Below, piece by piece: positions 51,141-64,000 of a DNA stretch of 64,000 nucleotides. Source of the DNA: Octopus vulgaris (taxonomy: Eukaryota); NCBI GenBank assembly GCA_951406725.2, contig OX597818.1, forward strand, positions 23,312,001 to 23,376,000, in the 5' to 3' direction. The stretch's first letter is position 1, and the number at the start of each line of letters is the position of its first letter. Under the pieces are notes generated by a model. The model was not told the DNA's origin, did not search any database, and worked only from the letters and a program-made list of their open reading frames with translations. The translations under genes were made by a program, and so were the position numbers.

Positions 51141-51865
51141 GAGGGGGTTATTAAGTTGTTCCGAAAATAATGGCCGATTTCAGAAACAATTTTATTCTGG
51201 AAAAAATAACAATAAAAATGTTTTGATTAGTCAAAGTATGACCCGTGAACATCTATACATCTCTGCCATCGATGAACGAGATTATTTATACCTCGCTGAT
51301 AAAAACTTGTTGACTTTGATGCTAAGAAATCTTTGAAAGCTGATTCCACCTCTGGTTTGGACCAGAAAGTTTTATCTCCTACAAATGTGTTTAAATGCTT
51401 TAAAAAATGGTAGTCAGTGGGTGGAAGATCAGGAAAATATAGAAGTTGTAAAGTCTCGTATCCCATGTCTGTGAGTTTCTGCAGCATCATTCTTGCAACA
51501 TGTGGCTTTGCAGTATCGTGGAGCAGAATTGGGCCACGCCGACTCACCAATGCAGGTCTCATTTTTCGCAAGTGAGCAACTGAGCATTACAACCTCTGCT
51601 GTAATGCTCTGATTGGCTTCCAGAAAGCTGTAATGGATAACACCAATTGCAGACCAACAGACAGTCACTATAATCTTTTGCTGATGCAACTTTGGCTTTG
51701 GGAAATGTTGGGGGGGGGGTCATCACGATCAAGCCATTGACCTGATCGATTACGGTTATCATAAAGGAACCACTTTTCGTCACAAGTGACTATTCGGTCA
51801 AGAAAAGGATCATTGGTGTTTCGTCGTAAGAGCATCGAGCACACTTCAAAACATGTTGCAGAAAC
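51139..51865 (-). mobile_element. Mariner transposase 3' half (pseudogenised)
   Basis: VTCDEKWFLYDN, LLHDTAKPH, FPDLPPTDYHFLKHL, RWQRCIDVHGSYFD*; 5' side cut off by a SINE fragment. Confidence 0.88.
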
Positions 51866-51996
51866 TACTATAGCCCGAGGCTATAGCAGAAGACGCTTGC
51901 CCAAGGTGTCACGCAGTGGGACTGACCCCAGAACCATGTGGTTGGTAAGTAAGCTACTTACCACACAGCCACTCTTGTACCTATATATACAAGTTT

Positions 51997-52039
<43 letters not shown>

Positions 52040-52551
52040 AATTAAAAGAATGAGATAAAAAAATCCAGGGGTGTGAAAGATTTCAGAACATTTATAAAGA
52101 GAAGGTCTTACAGCTGTTTCCGGGATATTTTACATATCACTTCAGTGAGAGAAATGGTTAAGCAATAGTTATTATAGAAAAGATACAGAGTGAAGTGGAG
52201 GAATGAAAACAGGTTTGAGATACGTAAGGATATTGTATCTGCGGTTCCATTATTTAAGCAGAATGGCATATATATAAGTTTCCTGTACCTTGTGTGTGAG
52301 TACCAATGGTATTTATAATTGGTCATTCCAAGCATAGAGTCCCTTTATAAATGTTCTGAAATCTTTCGCAGCGTTGCATTTTTTATCGCATTCTGTTAAT
52401 TTTTTATATATACGCATGCTAATATATGACCTACGTTGGACTCCTCATTCGCATAATCACCGAACTTAGAGCTTTACTATAGTCTGTCCATATCACTTAC
52501 TCAGCATTACCTGACACATTTGGGGCTTCTTGGCACCATTATCTCTCATAA

Positions 52552-52649
<98 letters not shown>

Positions 52650-53193
52650 GCGGTAACTCTCTTATATTTAAGTATATACATATATATATATACATACTGC
52701 CATCGCTTGATCGAACGTCCCACACATGCGAAGGCTACGACCAGCCATCTTTGTGATAGGTCTTACAATTTTTCTTTTTGAAGCGATGTCTGTGCATGAT
52801 GATTTTTTATAGTGGGGAAAGGATTTTATAGTGGACAACATAAACTCGAAAAGAAGAACTAGTCTACGTCATCGAATATTGCCGGTGTCGGAGTTTCCCT
52901 CTCCTAGAAAGATGTTGTGACGACAAAAGATGGACATCCTATTGCCGGTGAAACAACCGCACGCCTGGACACCAACCCAGGTATTTAACATCCCGCGCAT
53001 ACATGCATGCATATATACACATGTATACAAATTGTGGAATGACTATTTATTGCTCACGAGCTCTTCCGCCCTTTCATAGCTCTTATTTTTCGTCCTGCAA
53101 GATGTCCAGTTTCCAACAGTCGCCCTCTTGACCATGCAAGCTTGATGGGGTTGCTAGTTTAGTCGCCGATGAGCAGACCATACACACACACAC

Positions 53194-53249
<56 letters not shown>

Positions 53250-53261
53250 GTATATACATTC

Positions 53262-53321
<60 letters not shown>

Positions 53322-53720
53322 TCAGATCGTCGGCGACTCCAAGTCATCAGCGTCACTCGGCCTCATCACAGATTTCGCCCCAAGTGGCTTATGTTTTATA
53401 TCTAGCACTATGTCTTTCTCCATGTCTAAGTTAAAGGTAAAAATAAAGCAACCCTGCAAAACACAACTGATCGTTACGCAGAGACACACAGAATAATAGC
53501 AACCAAATAACGACAGCTGAGTACGCAACAAACATCAGTGATCTAACTGTCGCTTGTACACTCGGTAAGAGATGCCAGTTAGTTTTTCACGCCATTACAA
53601 GCCAGCCAGTCCTTAGTTTGTTTATACGGATACCCTACAAGGAATTGGAATGCGTTTTTCTACCGGACGTGAATCGAAAAATCCTAGAAAACTATATCGA
53701 TTCTAAGCATAGCACGAACC

Positions 53721-53875
<155 letters not shown>

Positions 53876-53888
53876 TAGATAGATAGAT

Positions 53889-53920
<32 letters not shown>

Positions 53921-54292
53921 CTATCTTTCTTTCTCTTTATCTAGATTTTAGATTCATTCATTTTCTCTTTGTTTTGTTTTTATGCCTGGGTTGTTATGGT
54001 CAGTCATATGTATGCAATAAAATGTCTTTTAAAGATACATGCTCTTAATTTTTTATGTAGGCACATGAATAGTTATTTATATAGGGTTCATCATGCGTCT
54101 GGGTGTGTGTGTGTGTGTATGTATGTTGGTTCAAATTTACAGAAAACAAAAGACGAAGATAGGTAGGGGAACAACAAGCAGGTGTAATAGTTTGAGGCTC
54201 GGGAAGAATGGAAAAGTGATTGACGTTTCAAACCTACGCTCTTCGGTAGAATGGGTTTAGAGGAAAAATAACACACACACAAACACACGCGT

Positions 54293-54337
<45 letters not shown>

Positions 54338-54730
54338 TTAAAATGATTCAAATATATATATTTCTGGGAGTGACTTTTTTTCTTCAAACTCTATATCTAA
54401 TTTCTTATGTATTTTTATATTTTTGATAGTGATCTTCTCTATATCTGTAAAAGCTTTCCCAAATAAACTTGCACTCCATCTTTGAATCTCCGAGGAAACT
54501 ATAAGGTGATTCACAAGCACTCAGATCCGAGTGCACTGCTTCTTATAGCAGAAACAGCTGTAAGCTAATGAAGCTCATTGCACATAATTTCGGCTTCATT
54601 TATCATTTATTTAATTTCCTATGCGTGTGTGTGTGTATTCGTGCGTGCGTGTGTGTACGCGCACGCATCTGTGTAAGCCTGAATTCACAAATTTGCATAA
54701 AATCGTGTGCAAATACATACGAATAGACAT

Positions 54731-54970
54731 ATATACATATCAATAAAGATAATATGCACACACACACACACACACAGACTGAATAATAACAATTAATTGC
54801 TCAACAAATTTTCATCGTTTAATATGTCTTTCATGATATTAACGTCTTCCAATATACATATCAATAAAGATAATATGCACACACACACACACACAGACTG
54901 AATAATAACAATTAATTGCTCAACAAATTTTCATCGTTTAATATGTCTTTCATGATATTAACGTCTTCCA
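54731..54970 (+). repeat. Tandem duplication, 2 x ~120 bp, differing only in (CA)n length
   Basis: 54731-54851 matches 54852-54970. Confidence 0.9.
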
Positions 54971-55013
54971 GTCCATTCTCCTAATAACAATCAACTCATA
55001 ATTATTTCATACA

Positions 55014-55417
55014 CTCTCTCTTTTACTCTCTTTTACTTGTTTCAGTCATTTGACTGCGGCCATGCTGGAGCACCGCCTTTAGTCGAGCAAATCGACCCCG
55101 GGACTTATTCTTTGTAAGCCCAGTACTTATTCTATCGGTCTCTTTTTGCCGAACCGCTAAGTGACGGAGACGTAAACACACCAGCATCGGTTGTCAAGCA
55201 ATGCTAGGGGAACAAACACAGACATACATACATATATATATATACATATATACGACAGGCTTCTTTCAGTTTCCGTCTACCAAATCCACTCACAAGGCAT
55301 TGGTCGGCCCGGGGCTATAGCAGAAGACACTTGCCCAAGATGCCACGCAGTGGGACTGAACCCGGAACCATGTGGTTGATTAGCAAGCTACTTACCACAC
55401 AGCTACTCCTGCGCCTA
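55014..55417 (-). mobile_element. tRNA-headed CORE-like SINE (family A), full length
   Basis: Reverse complement of 12848-13225 and 31637-32030. Confidence 0.85.
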
Positions 55418-55891
55418 TAGATAGATAATTAATGAACAAACAAGATTGCTTGGTGTCTCGTGTATTTTTTGTTAATTACATATGGAAATGTCATAGAAAT
55501 CAAGTCGTTTGATGGAACGGGATGTGCGGATAAAGTACCTCTAATATATTTTGTTGACTTTATCAAATCTTTTTTTTAAAAATAGACCTTGTTATATAAG
55601 AGCTAATTATTATTATTCCGATTATCTTGTCACGTGCTAAACAGTGTCAGTTACTTGACATTTCGTAATCACTTGTCTTCATCAATTTCAGCTTTTGGTG
55701 AAGTAGAAGAGGTTATAAGGGTCAAACGGTGAAGACATTATTTCGGCTTAGCTAAAGGCAATCTGGCAAATGTTAAACTGGTGTCACTGAAACAACCATT
55801 GTTCCACCTTGAGAAAAGTTCTGTCGAACTGTTAATTTAAATTTGGCTATGGTGGATCGAATCCACTCCAAGCTTGCAAGATTCACTACAC

Positions 55892-55971
<80 letters not shown>

Positions 55972-56148
55972 GATAGATCGTTAGCCACTACACACATTTT
56001 TTTCTCTCCTTGTTTTTTCTGTGTCCCTTTCTGTAGAAGAGCGTAGGCTCGAAACGTAAAATACTTTTTCTATTCCTGAGCGTTATACTAATACATCTGT
56101 TTGTTTTGTACACCACCTGTCTTCGTCTTTTGTTTTTTCGTAAACTCT

Positions 56149-56234
<86 letters not shown>

Positions 56235-56237
<3 letters not shown>

Positions 56238-56361
56238 TTAAAGTAGAAAAGAAACGGCAAACAGTTTGGCAAGACTTGAGCACATTTATTTTAGCTATAT
56301 AATAAAAGGTGTATTGTCAAGTTTTGCCAAACTATTTGCCTTTTCTTTTCTGCTTTAATCT
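56235..56361. repeat. Foldback/MITE-like hairpin of about 127 bp
   Basis: agattaaagtagaaaagaaacggcaaacagtttggcaagacttga / tcaagttttgccaaactatttgccttttcttttctgctttaatct. Confidence 0.8.
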
Positions 56362-56552
56362 ATACTTACCGACTCAAAGGAACGCTTACCGACTCAAAGG
56401 AACGCTACTTCTAGCCGTTTTGAAAAAGGCAGTCACAAAAGCACGCTTTCAACAGCAGTTCAAACCGGAATTTTAGTGGTATACCTATTTGAGCACTCAC
56501 AGCGCATACCTCTTAGTTGGAGTCACCTTGACGAAAGTTCTTCGTATCCATT

Positions 56553-57068
56553 AGGTGTGGTAAGAAGCTTGCTTCCCAACCACATGCTTTCTGTTCAGTC
56601 CCACTGCGTGACACCTTAGGCAAACGTCTTCTACTATAGCCTCGAGCCGACCAAAGCCTTGTGAATGGATTTGGTTGACGGAAACCGAAAGAAGTCCGTC
56701 GTGTGTGTGTGTGTTATAGCCTCGAGCCGACCAAAGCCTTGTGAATGGATTTGGTTGACGGAATCTGAAAGAAGTGCGTCATGTGTGTGTGAGTGTGTGT
56801 GCGTGCGTAGTGTGCGTGCGTAGCGTGCGTGCGTGTATATTTGTGTGTCTTTATGTCTGTGTTTGTCACCCACCACCGCTTGTCAACCGGTGTTGTTGTG
56901 TTTACGTCCTCGTAACTTAACGATTCGGCAATTAGAGACCAGTAAAATAAGTACCAAGCTTTAAAAAAGAAGTAAGTTCTGGGATCGATTTGTTTGACAA
57001 AAACCCTTCAAGGCAGTGCCCCAGCATGGGCACAGTCAAATGACTGAAACAAACAAAAGAATAAAAGA

Positions 57069-57070
<2 letters not shown>
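56553..57070 (+). mobile_element. SINE family A with an internal ~80-bp tandem duplication
   Basis: tatagcctcgagccgaccaaagccttgtgaatgg occurs at 56635 and 56715. Confidence 0.8.
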
Positions 57071-57112
<42 letters not shown>

Positions 57113-57384
57113 CTACATTATTTAATCTACTCTTCTTCAAGAAATTAAGATGCAATTTAATGGAAATTTAGCTGTTATTTGTAGCAGGTAATGAGACCAC
57201 ATAAATGGTCTTTCTTTATTATGTTGATTGGTCGGCTGGTCGGTTGGGTGACTGGCTGGCTGGCTGGTTGGTTGGTTGGTTGGTTGGTCAGTTGGGAAGA
57301 TAATAAGCAAGTAGATATAAATACATTTAATCTATTATTAACGAACTTCACAGAAATACCAATAGGAAAGGATGCGCACGCATA

Positions 57385-57434
<50 letters not shown>

Positions 57435-57713
57435 CGTGCGTGTGCGCGCACGTTTCTGTACCCTTACGGGCGCGCGTACGCATGTCTGTCCAAAGTAACT
57501 TTGGAGGTATGTTAGCAATATTGTCTAGTGAAATGAACAAAATAATCTGACCAATTGATCTTAGGATGATTAACTACATCGGTGAATAATAAGATTGGTG
57601 AGATAAGCTTTAATCGATAGAGATACTGGAGGTTAAAAGCTTGACCGTGAAACTGCTACGTAAAACTCCCTACTAAACTATTGTACATTTTATGTATACA
57701 TATATGTTTTTAT

Positions 57714-58340
57714 ACAGGGTGCAGTGAATAAACTGTTGTCTAAATTACGCAAAAATAAAATTAACACTGACATATTTTAACAGATATCTTTACCAAAATT
57801 ACATAAAAATATCTTGTAATAGTAAAGAATAAATTTATTCAATAAAATCGCAATTGGCTTCAACCACAGCCTCCAGGCAATTTTGGAATCTCCTACAACT
57901 CTTTTGGACAGCCTCCTTGTTTAAGTGGGTGAATGCTGCCACAATCCTTGCCTTCAGTTCATCTTTGGTGTTACAAGGAGTTTTGGTGGTTTCTCGCTCA
58001 ACAGTGCCCCACACATAATAATCAAGGAGGTTACAGTCTTAGGAGTTAGGTGGCCAGATGTTAGGGGTGATGTGGTCGCAGAAATTGTCTTACAGCTATG
58101 ACTGGGTTCTCCTGCTTGTGTAGCATGGTGCAGAGTCCTGTTGCCAGCCACCTTGTCGACCCAGGGCAGTACTACCTCCTCCAGGCACTTGATATAGGCC
58201 TCCGTGTTGAGTTTGCGGCCGTGTGGGAGGATGAAAAAAGGCATAACCTCGCCATCACTAGTGATCACTCCAAACACCATGATGTTAACTGGATGTTTGA
58301 TTCTTATCACTCTTGGTACATGTTCTCAAATTGACACCCA
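57714..58340 (-). mobile_element. Tc1/mariner-superfamily (maT/DD37D-like) transposase fragment with one TIR
   Basis: KHPVNIMVFGVITSDG...YIKCLEEVVLPW...WPPNS*DCNLLDYYVWG; TA|cagggtgc terminus at 57714. Confidence 0.8.
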
Positions 58341-58436
58341 AACACTCTGAAATGTTCGTATTGGAGCTTCCGGTGCGAATGCCAAGCAGTACAGCATGTC
58401 ATTTCTAAATTTCTGACAGAATGAATTGCGTTATGG

Positions 58437-59070
58437 CAGTGTTTCTCAAACTTTTCGCGCCATATTGCAATACCGCCCACCTATCGGCCAAAAAATGCTC
58501 CATTGCCCACTTGTATAAGAAAAAACCTGACACAACCCCATTCCACCAACTAAATAACACTAAATCTCCTAGGAGAACCCCGCTTGTATCATTTGACACA
58601 CACACTATATTGAACACTTGTTGCCCTGTTAGTGCTGTTTGGACTAAATATGCGGTTGTTTACAAATCCCTTATTGTGGGTTTAGTTTTGCTTTTAGTGT
58701 CAATAAAATTCTAACGTTAGTTCTATATTATGCAGACAGATTGACTTCGGTAAACTTGCGCTTTCTTTTACACTGATTTTAATTTTCCCCAAATGAACCA
58801 TTGATCAGAACTACCGATGCAAAAATAATTAATGATTGTATCATAAAGGAAAAGAATACAACTTTTTCATGTGTCTGGTGCGCTGCAGCTAGTGCGGATA
58901 CATTCGGTTCCAAACATGTCAACTTTAGCCGCAAGTCTCCTCGTTTTGTCACATCCAGTCCAATTCTTTTTGGGAAGTAAAGTTCCAACATGGTTAAAAC
59001 AAGATCCAACCAGGTACGAGATAGGGAAGGCAAGCAAAAGTAATTTAAGATGTTTCCACAGACCGGGGTA
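58437..59070 (-). mobile_element. hAT (Charlie/Buster-like) transposon 3' fragment
   Basis: Terminus cagtgtttctcaaact; dimerisation-domain remnant YPGLW..LLLAFPISYLV...RGDLRLKLTCLEPNV. Confidence 0.75.
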
Positions 59071-60510
<1,440 letters not shown>

Positions 60511-60511
60511 T

Positions 60512-60870
60512 ATCATCATCATCATCATCGTTTAACGTCCGTTTTCCATGCTGGCATGGGTTGGACGGTTCGACTGGGGTCTGGGAAGCTACGAGGCTGC
60601 ACGAGGCCCCAATCTGATCTGGCAGTGTTTCTACGGCTGGATGCCCTTCCTAACGCCAACCACTCCATGAGTGTAGTGGGTGCTTTTTACGTGCCACCGG
60701 CACAAGGGGCCAGAGAAGCTGGCATCGACCACGATCGGATGGTGCCTTTTACGTACCACCAGCACGGAAGCCAGTCAAGGCGGCACTGGCATCGACCACA
60801 TTCGGATGGTGCTTTTTACGTGCTACTGGCACGGGGCTCACAACTGTAATTTCCATTTGGCTTGATTTTG
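60512..60870 (-). mobile_element. RTE-tail-derived short element (further copies at about 10650-10960, 15430-15580, 16810-16990, 33585-33860, 38135-38350)
   Basis: (CAT)n-gtttaacgtccgttttccatgctggcatgggttggacgg...ggatgcccttcctaacgccaacc. Confidence 0.75.
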
Positions 60871-61148
60871 ATATAGCTGATGTTGATGTACTATAAACCA
60901 ACCTGACAGTGAATCAGAAGGGAAATTAAATATCCCTCAAAAATCACAGTTTTATTTATTTATTTTTGTGTGTGTGTGAGAGATAGAAAATAGTAAATTT
61001 TGACGCGTACGATTTTGTAAGATTTTTGAAATTTGATAAAATACGAAAAAGTGGGATTTTATCAGCTGCTCTGCGGATAGGAATGTTTTTACTGGATTCC
61101 AAGTATTTTCAAAATAGAAAAGGGTCACTTATTCCCACATAAAATCAA

Positions 61149-61179
<31 letters not shown>

Positions 61180-61425
61180 AAGATGGTTTAAAAGAAAGTT
61201 GGACAATGAAGGTTGAGCAGTTTGGTATTTATGGGGTTCTACTTTTCGTCTTTTACAATTTTCACGAAAACAAGAAACTGGATCCAGTCATTAGAAATCA
61301 CAAGAATAGTTTAGCACTCATGAAAAGACAAAGAATCATCGACACTGGTCCACCTAGTGAAAAGAAACGGAAAGAAATCTTTTAGAAAATAGACATTATC
61401 TCAGGTTTGGTTTCTGTGTTTTTAA

Positions 61426-61817
61426 TCTCTCTCTATATAAAGCTGATGTTGTTTGTGTATGGCAGGTTTGGTAGTCTTCAACTAACACTATTTCCTCCGA
61501 GACCCTGCGGCGCAAGTTGACCAAAATTGAGAGTATGATAAAAGAAGGCTTGCTCTTCCTTTCGTAGGAGAAAAAATTCAAATCGGACCATGATAACACT
61601 AAAATTTATATACATCAAAAAGGTGCTTTTTTTATATGAAAATTCCTATTTTTTACGATTTTTTTACAGCTGTGTCGCCATTTTTCGGTGTATTTCAACC
61701 AGGAAAATGTTCACTTAAAGAGAATAACAAGCTACATAATGCAAAAATTTTACTTTTCAAAAATTGCAATTCTAAAGGATCGAAAGAAACCCGAGCAACG
61801 CCGGGGGATACTGCTAG
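61426..61817 (+). mobile_element. Non-autonomous Helitron-like element
   Basis: A|TC start; 3' hairpin cccg-agcaacgc-cggg, then ctgCTAG|T. Confidence 0.68.
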
Positions 61818-62801
61818 TTTGTTATAATTTCATTTCCCCTCTATAGAAATAATAGACTCAGTCAGACCCAGATAAATTAGATTAAGGAGTGATAAAAAGG
61901 GATGAATAAAAAGAAATGGGAAACCAGAAACTATTAAAGAGAGAGAATTTACTTAAAATAATATGGTAGGTGAGAACAAGAAGTTGATTAAGAGTGAGAC
62001 TAAAAGTAAGATATGAGTAAATGAGAGGGTGATGAAAAAATAATAATGGAAAATCAAAGAGAGAATGATTGTGTGAAGGTTTTCCTATGAAAATATTTAT
62101 ACCTAAAAATTGCCAAGCTTTCAAAAACCCATGAGATATTGTTTGGAAAAGTCTTTGACTTGGTCTTATTTCTGACGTCACTAAGACACCTCGCAATCCT
62201 TGGGAGCAGTTAAGCTCAAGCTAAAATGTCAGTAATGGCCTCCGGCAGGGAGGAACGGCTATTGATACAACAGCGATCTGGATTAATGCAACAGTAGCAG
62301 AGTAGAAAAAAAAATAAAGATAATAATCCAGGATTAGACTGAGAGCTGATGGGAAAATTTATAATGTTAATCTTTACCAGCATTAGTAACAGTTTGTAAA
62401 AGTCAAAGCTAATACCCAACTACTTTGGGTCAAATTGGAGGATATTGGTGTGACTACATCGCGGAGGCTGCAAACAGCTCTTTTGAAAGGTAAGAAAACT
62501 TGAAATGACTTCACAAAATTGATGTTAGAAAACGTTTTGATTTCATGTAACTGCCCTTTACACAAAATGCTTCAATTTAAAGCAAAAATCTTCCACCAAC
62601 ATCTTTGCGTTATATTTCTTTTGTTATCTCTTCGATTCCTATTTAGCCCTTTTTTTGACAGTGAAAAAATGACAATTTTCTTTCGTATGGGTTTCTTTCT
62701 CTTTACGAAAATTTTTATAAATGCGAAATTCTACTGTATAAAAGAGACATTTCTTGCCATCGTGTAATAAATAAATGAATAAATAAATAATAGTAATAAT
62801 G

Positions 62802-62880
<79 letters not shown>

Positions 62881-63164
62881 CAACAACAACAACAAAAATA
62901 TTAGTAATAATAATAATAAAGATTCCAACTAAATAATTGTAATCTAGATAAGATTTAAGTATAATAGATGAAAGTGGAAATATTAGTTATATATATATAT
63001 CGTGAAGTATATTTGCCACCTAAATGTGGCTGACCCATATGGGACGATGCTACGGTAGTTTATAGCCCCAGGAAGACATAAGTATGTATGTATTATGTAT
63101 ATATGTACGTATATGTATTTAAATATATATATATGTATATGTCGCTATTGAATATGTATGAGTA

Positions 63165-63249
<85 letters not shown>

Positions 63250-63386
63250 TTGAGTTGTGGGGTATCGCACGAGTGGGATTATATAAGAAAAAAGGTTTGA
63301 AAATGCAATTTAAACGATGTTTATTTACTTAACCGGTTTCACTCTTTGGTAAAAGATTGTCAAAAGTTACATTTAAGGAAACATTG

Positions 63387-64000
63387 AATAATATGGGTTC
63401 AAAAAAGTTTTTTACATAATTGTCACATTGAATATTATGCATTCAAAAAAGTTTTTTACATAATTGTCACATTGGATATTATGGGTTCAAAAAAGTTTTT
63501 TACATAATTGTCACATTGGATATTATGAATTCAAAAATGTTTTTTACATAATTGTCACATTGGATATTATGAATTCAAAAATGTTTTTTTATACATAATT
63601 GTCACATTATTTGGGAAAATTTGGCAGAAAAGGATAAAACAAATATATTATTGGGAATTGGTTGCGTTAATTATTGGTTGTCGCAAATTGTCACATTACA
63701 TGTATATATATACAATCTTTGGTATATATATACAGCGTTTTGACAGCAAAAATTAAAATGGCTTTTTTGTACATCTCAGAATATTTTAAGTATGTTTTTA
63801 CTGACCTGTCAGTATTAGCAGAAAGGCTGAACTGAGAGAACAGAAGAAGTAGCCAATGTGGTGTATACTTCCCCTTATAAAAAAAACATTTTTGAATTCA
63901 TAATATCCAATGTGACAATTATGTAAAAAACATTTTTGAATTCATAATATCCAATGTGACAATTATGTAAAAAACTTTTTTTGAACCCATAATATCCAAT
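63387..64000. repeat. 44-bp minisatellite (about 5 units, 63387-63607) with inverted units from about 63880 to the window end
   Basis: Unit atattatgRRttcaaaaaWgttttttacataattgtcacattgg; reverse-complement units at 63880-64000. Confidence 0.85.

Noticed and set aside
53325-53362. CTGATGA on the minus strand as a hammerhead core
   Set aside because: No matching GAAA or stem II/III geometry could be found.
61882-62565. Minus-strand ORFs in purine-skewed sequence (also 44685-46300)
   Set aside because: No recognisable domain or convincing splice structure; probably decayed TE sequence that I cannot classify.
63387-63607. Regularly spaced 44-bp repeats resembling a CRISPR array
   Set aside because: Units are contiguous with no unique spacers, there are no cas genes, and the context is eukaryotic; this is a minisatellite.

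Overview
Repeat-rich, AT-rich eukaryotic DNA. The SINE families and dense (TA)n/(CA)n/(ATT)n microsatellites look like a coleoid cephalopod, most likely Octopus (inference). I reconstructed two complete spliced genes by hand, arranged head-to-head about 0.5-1 kb apart. TMEM147 is on the minus strand (6 coding exons, 21693->12482, 223 aa). CFAP126/Flattop is on the plus strand (5 coding exons, 22755->39441, 202 aa) and has an RFX X-box-like palindrome just upstream. The ATG-bearing first exon of TMEM147 is present twice as an exact 140-bp duplicate. The rest is transposon-derived: RTE, HERO-like and R4/Dong-like non-LTR fragments, a Penelope-type GIY-YIG remnant, mariner, maT and hAT fragments, five non-autonomous Helitrons, piggyBac-like and GG-ended (Merlin-like) MITEs, and several tRNA-derived SINE families. 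The most striking signal not shown by the ORF track is a set of type I hammerhead-ribozyme (HHR) motifs. A TSD-bounded, non-coding insertion at 47817-48580 contains 354-nt tandem units, each carrying an HHR with a compensatory U3-A8 core; it resembles a retrozyme. At least six other unrelated small elements, most of them inverted repeats, carry minimal or degenerate HHR cores, and some lie inside CFAP126 introns. All structure calls were made by eye, with no folding or database searches.
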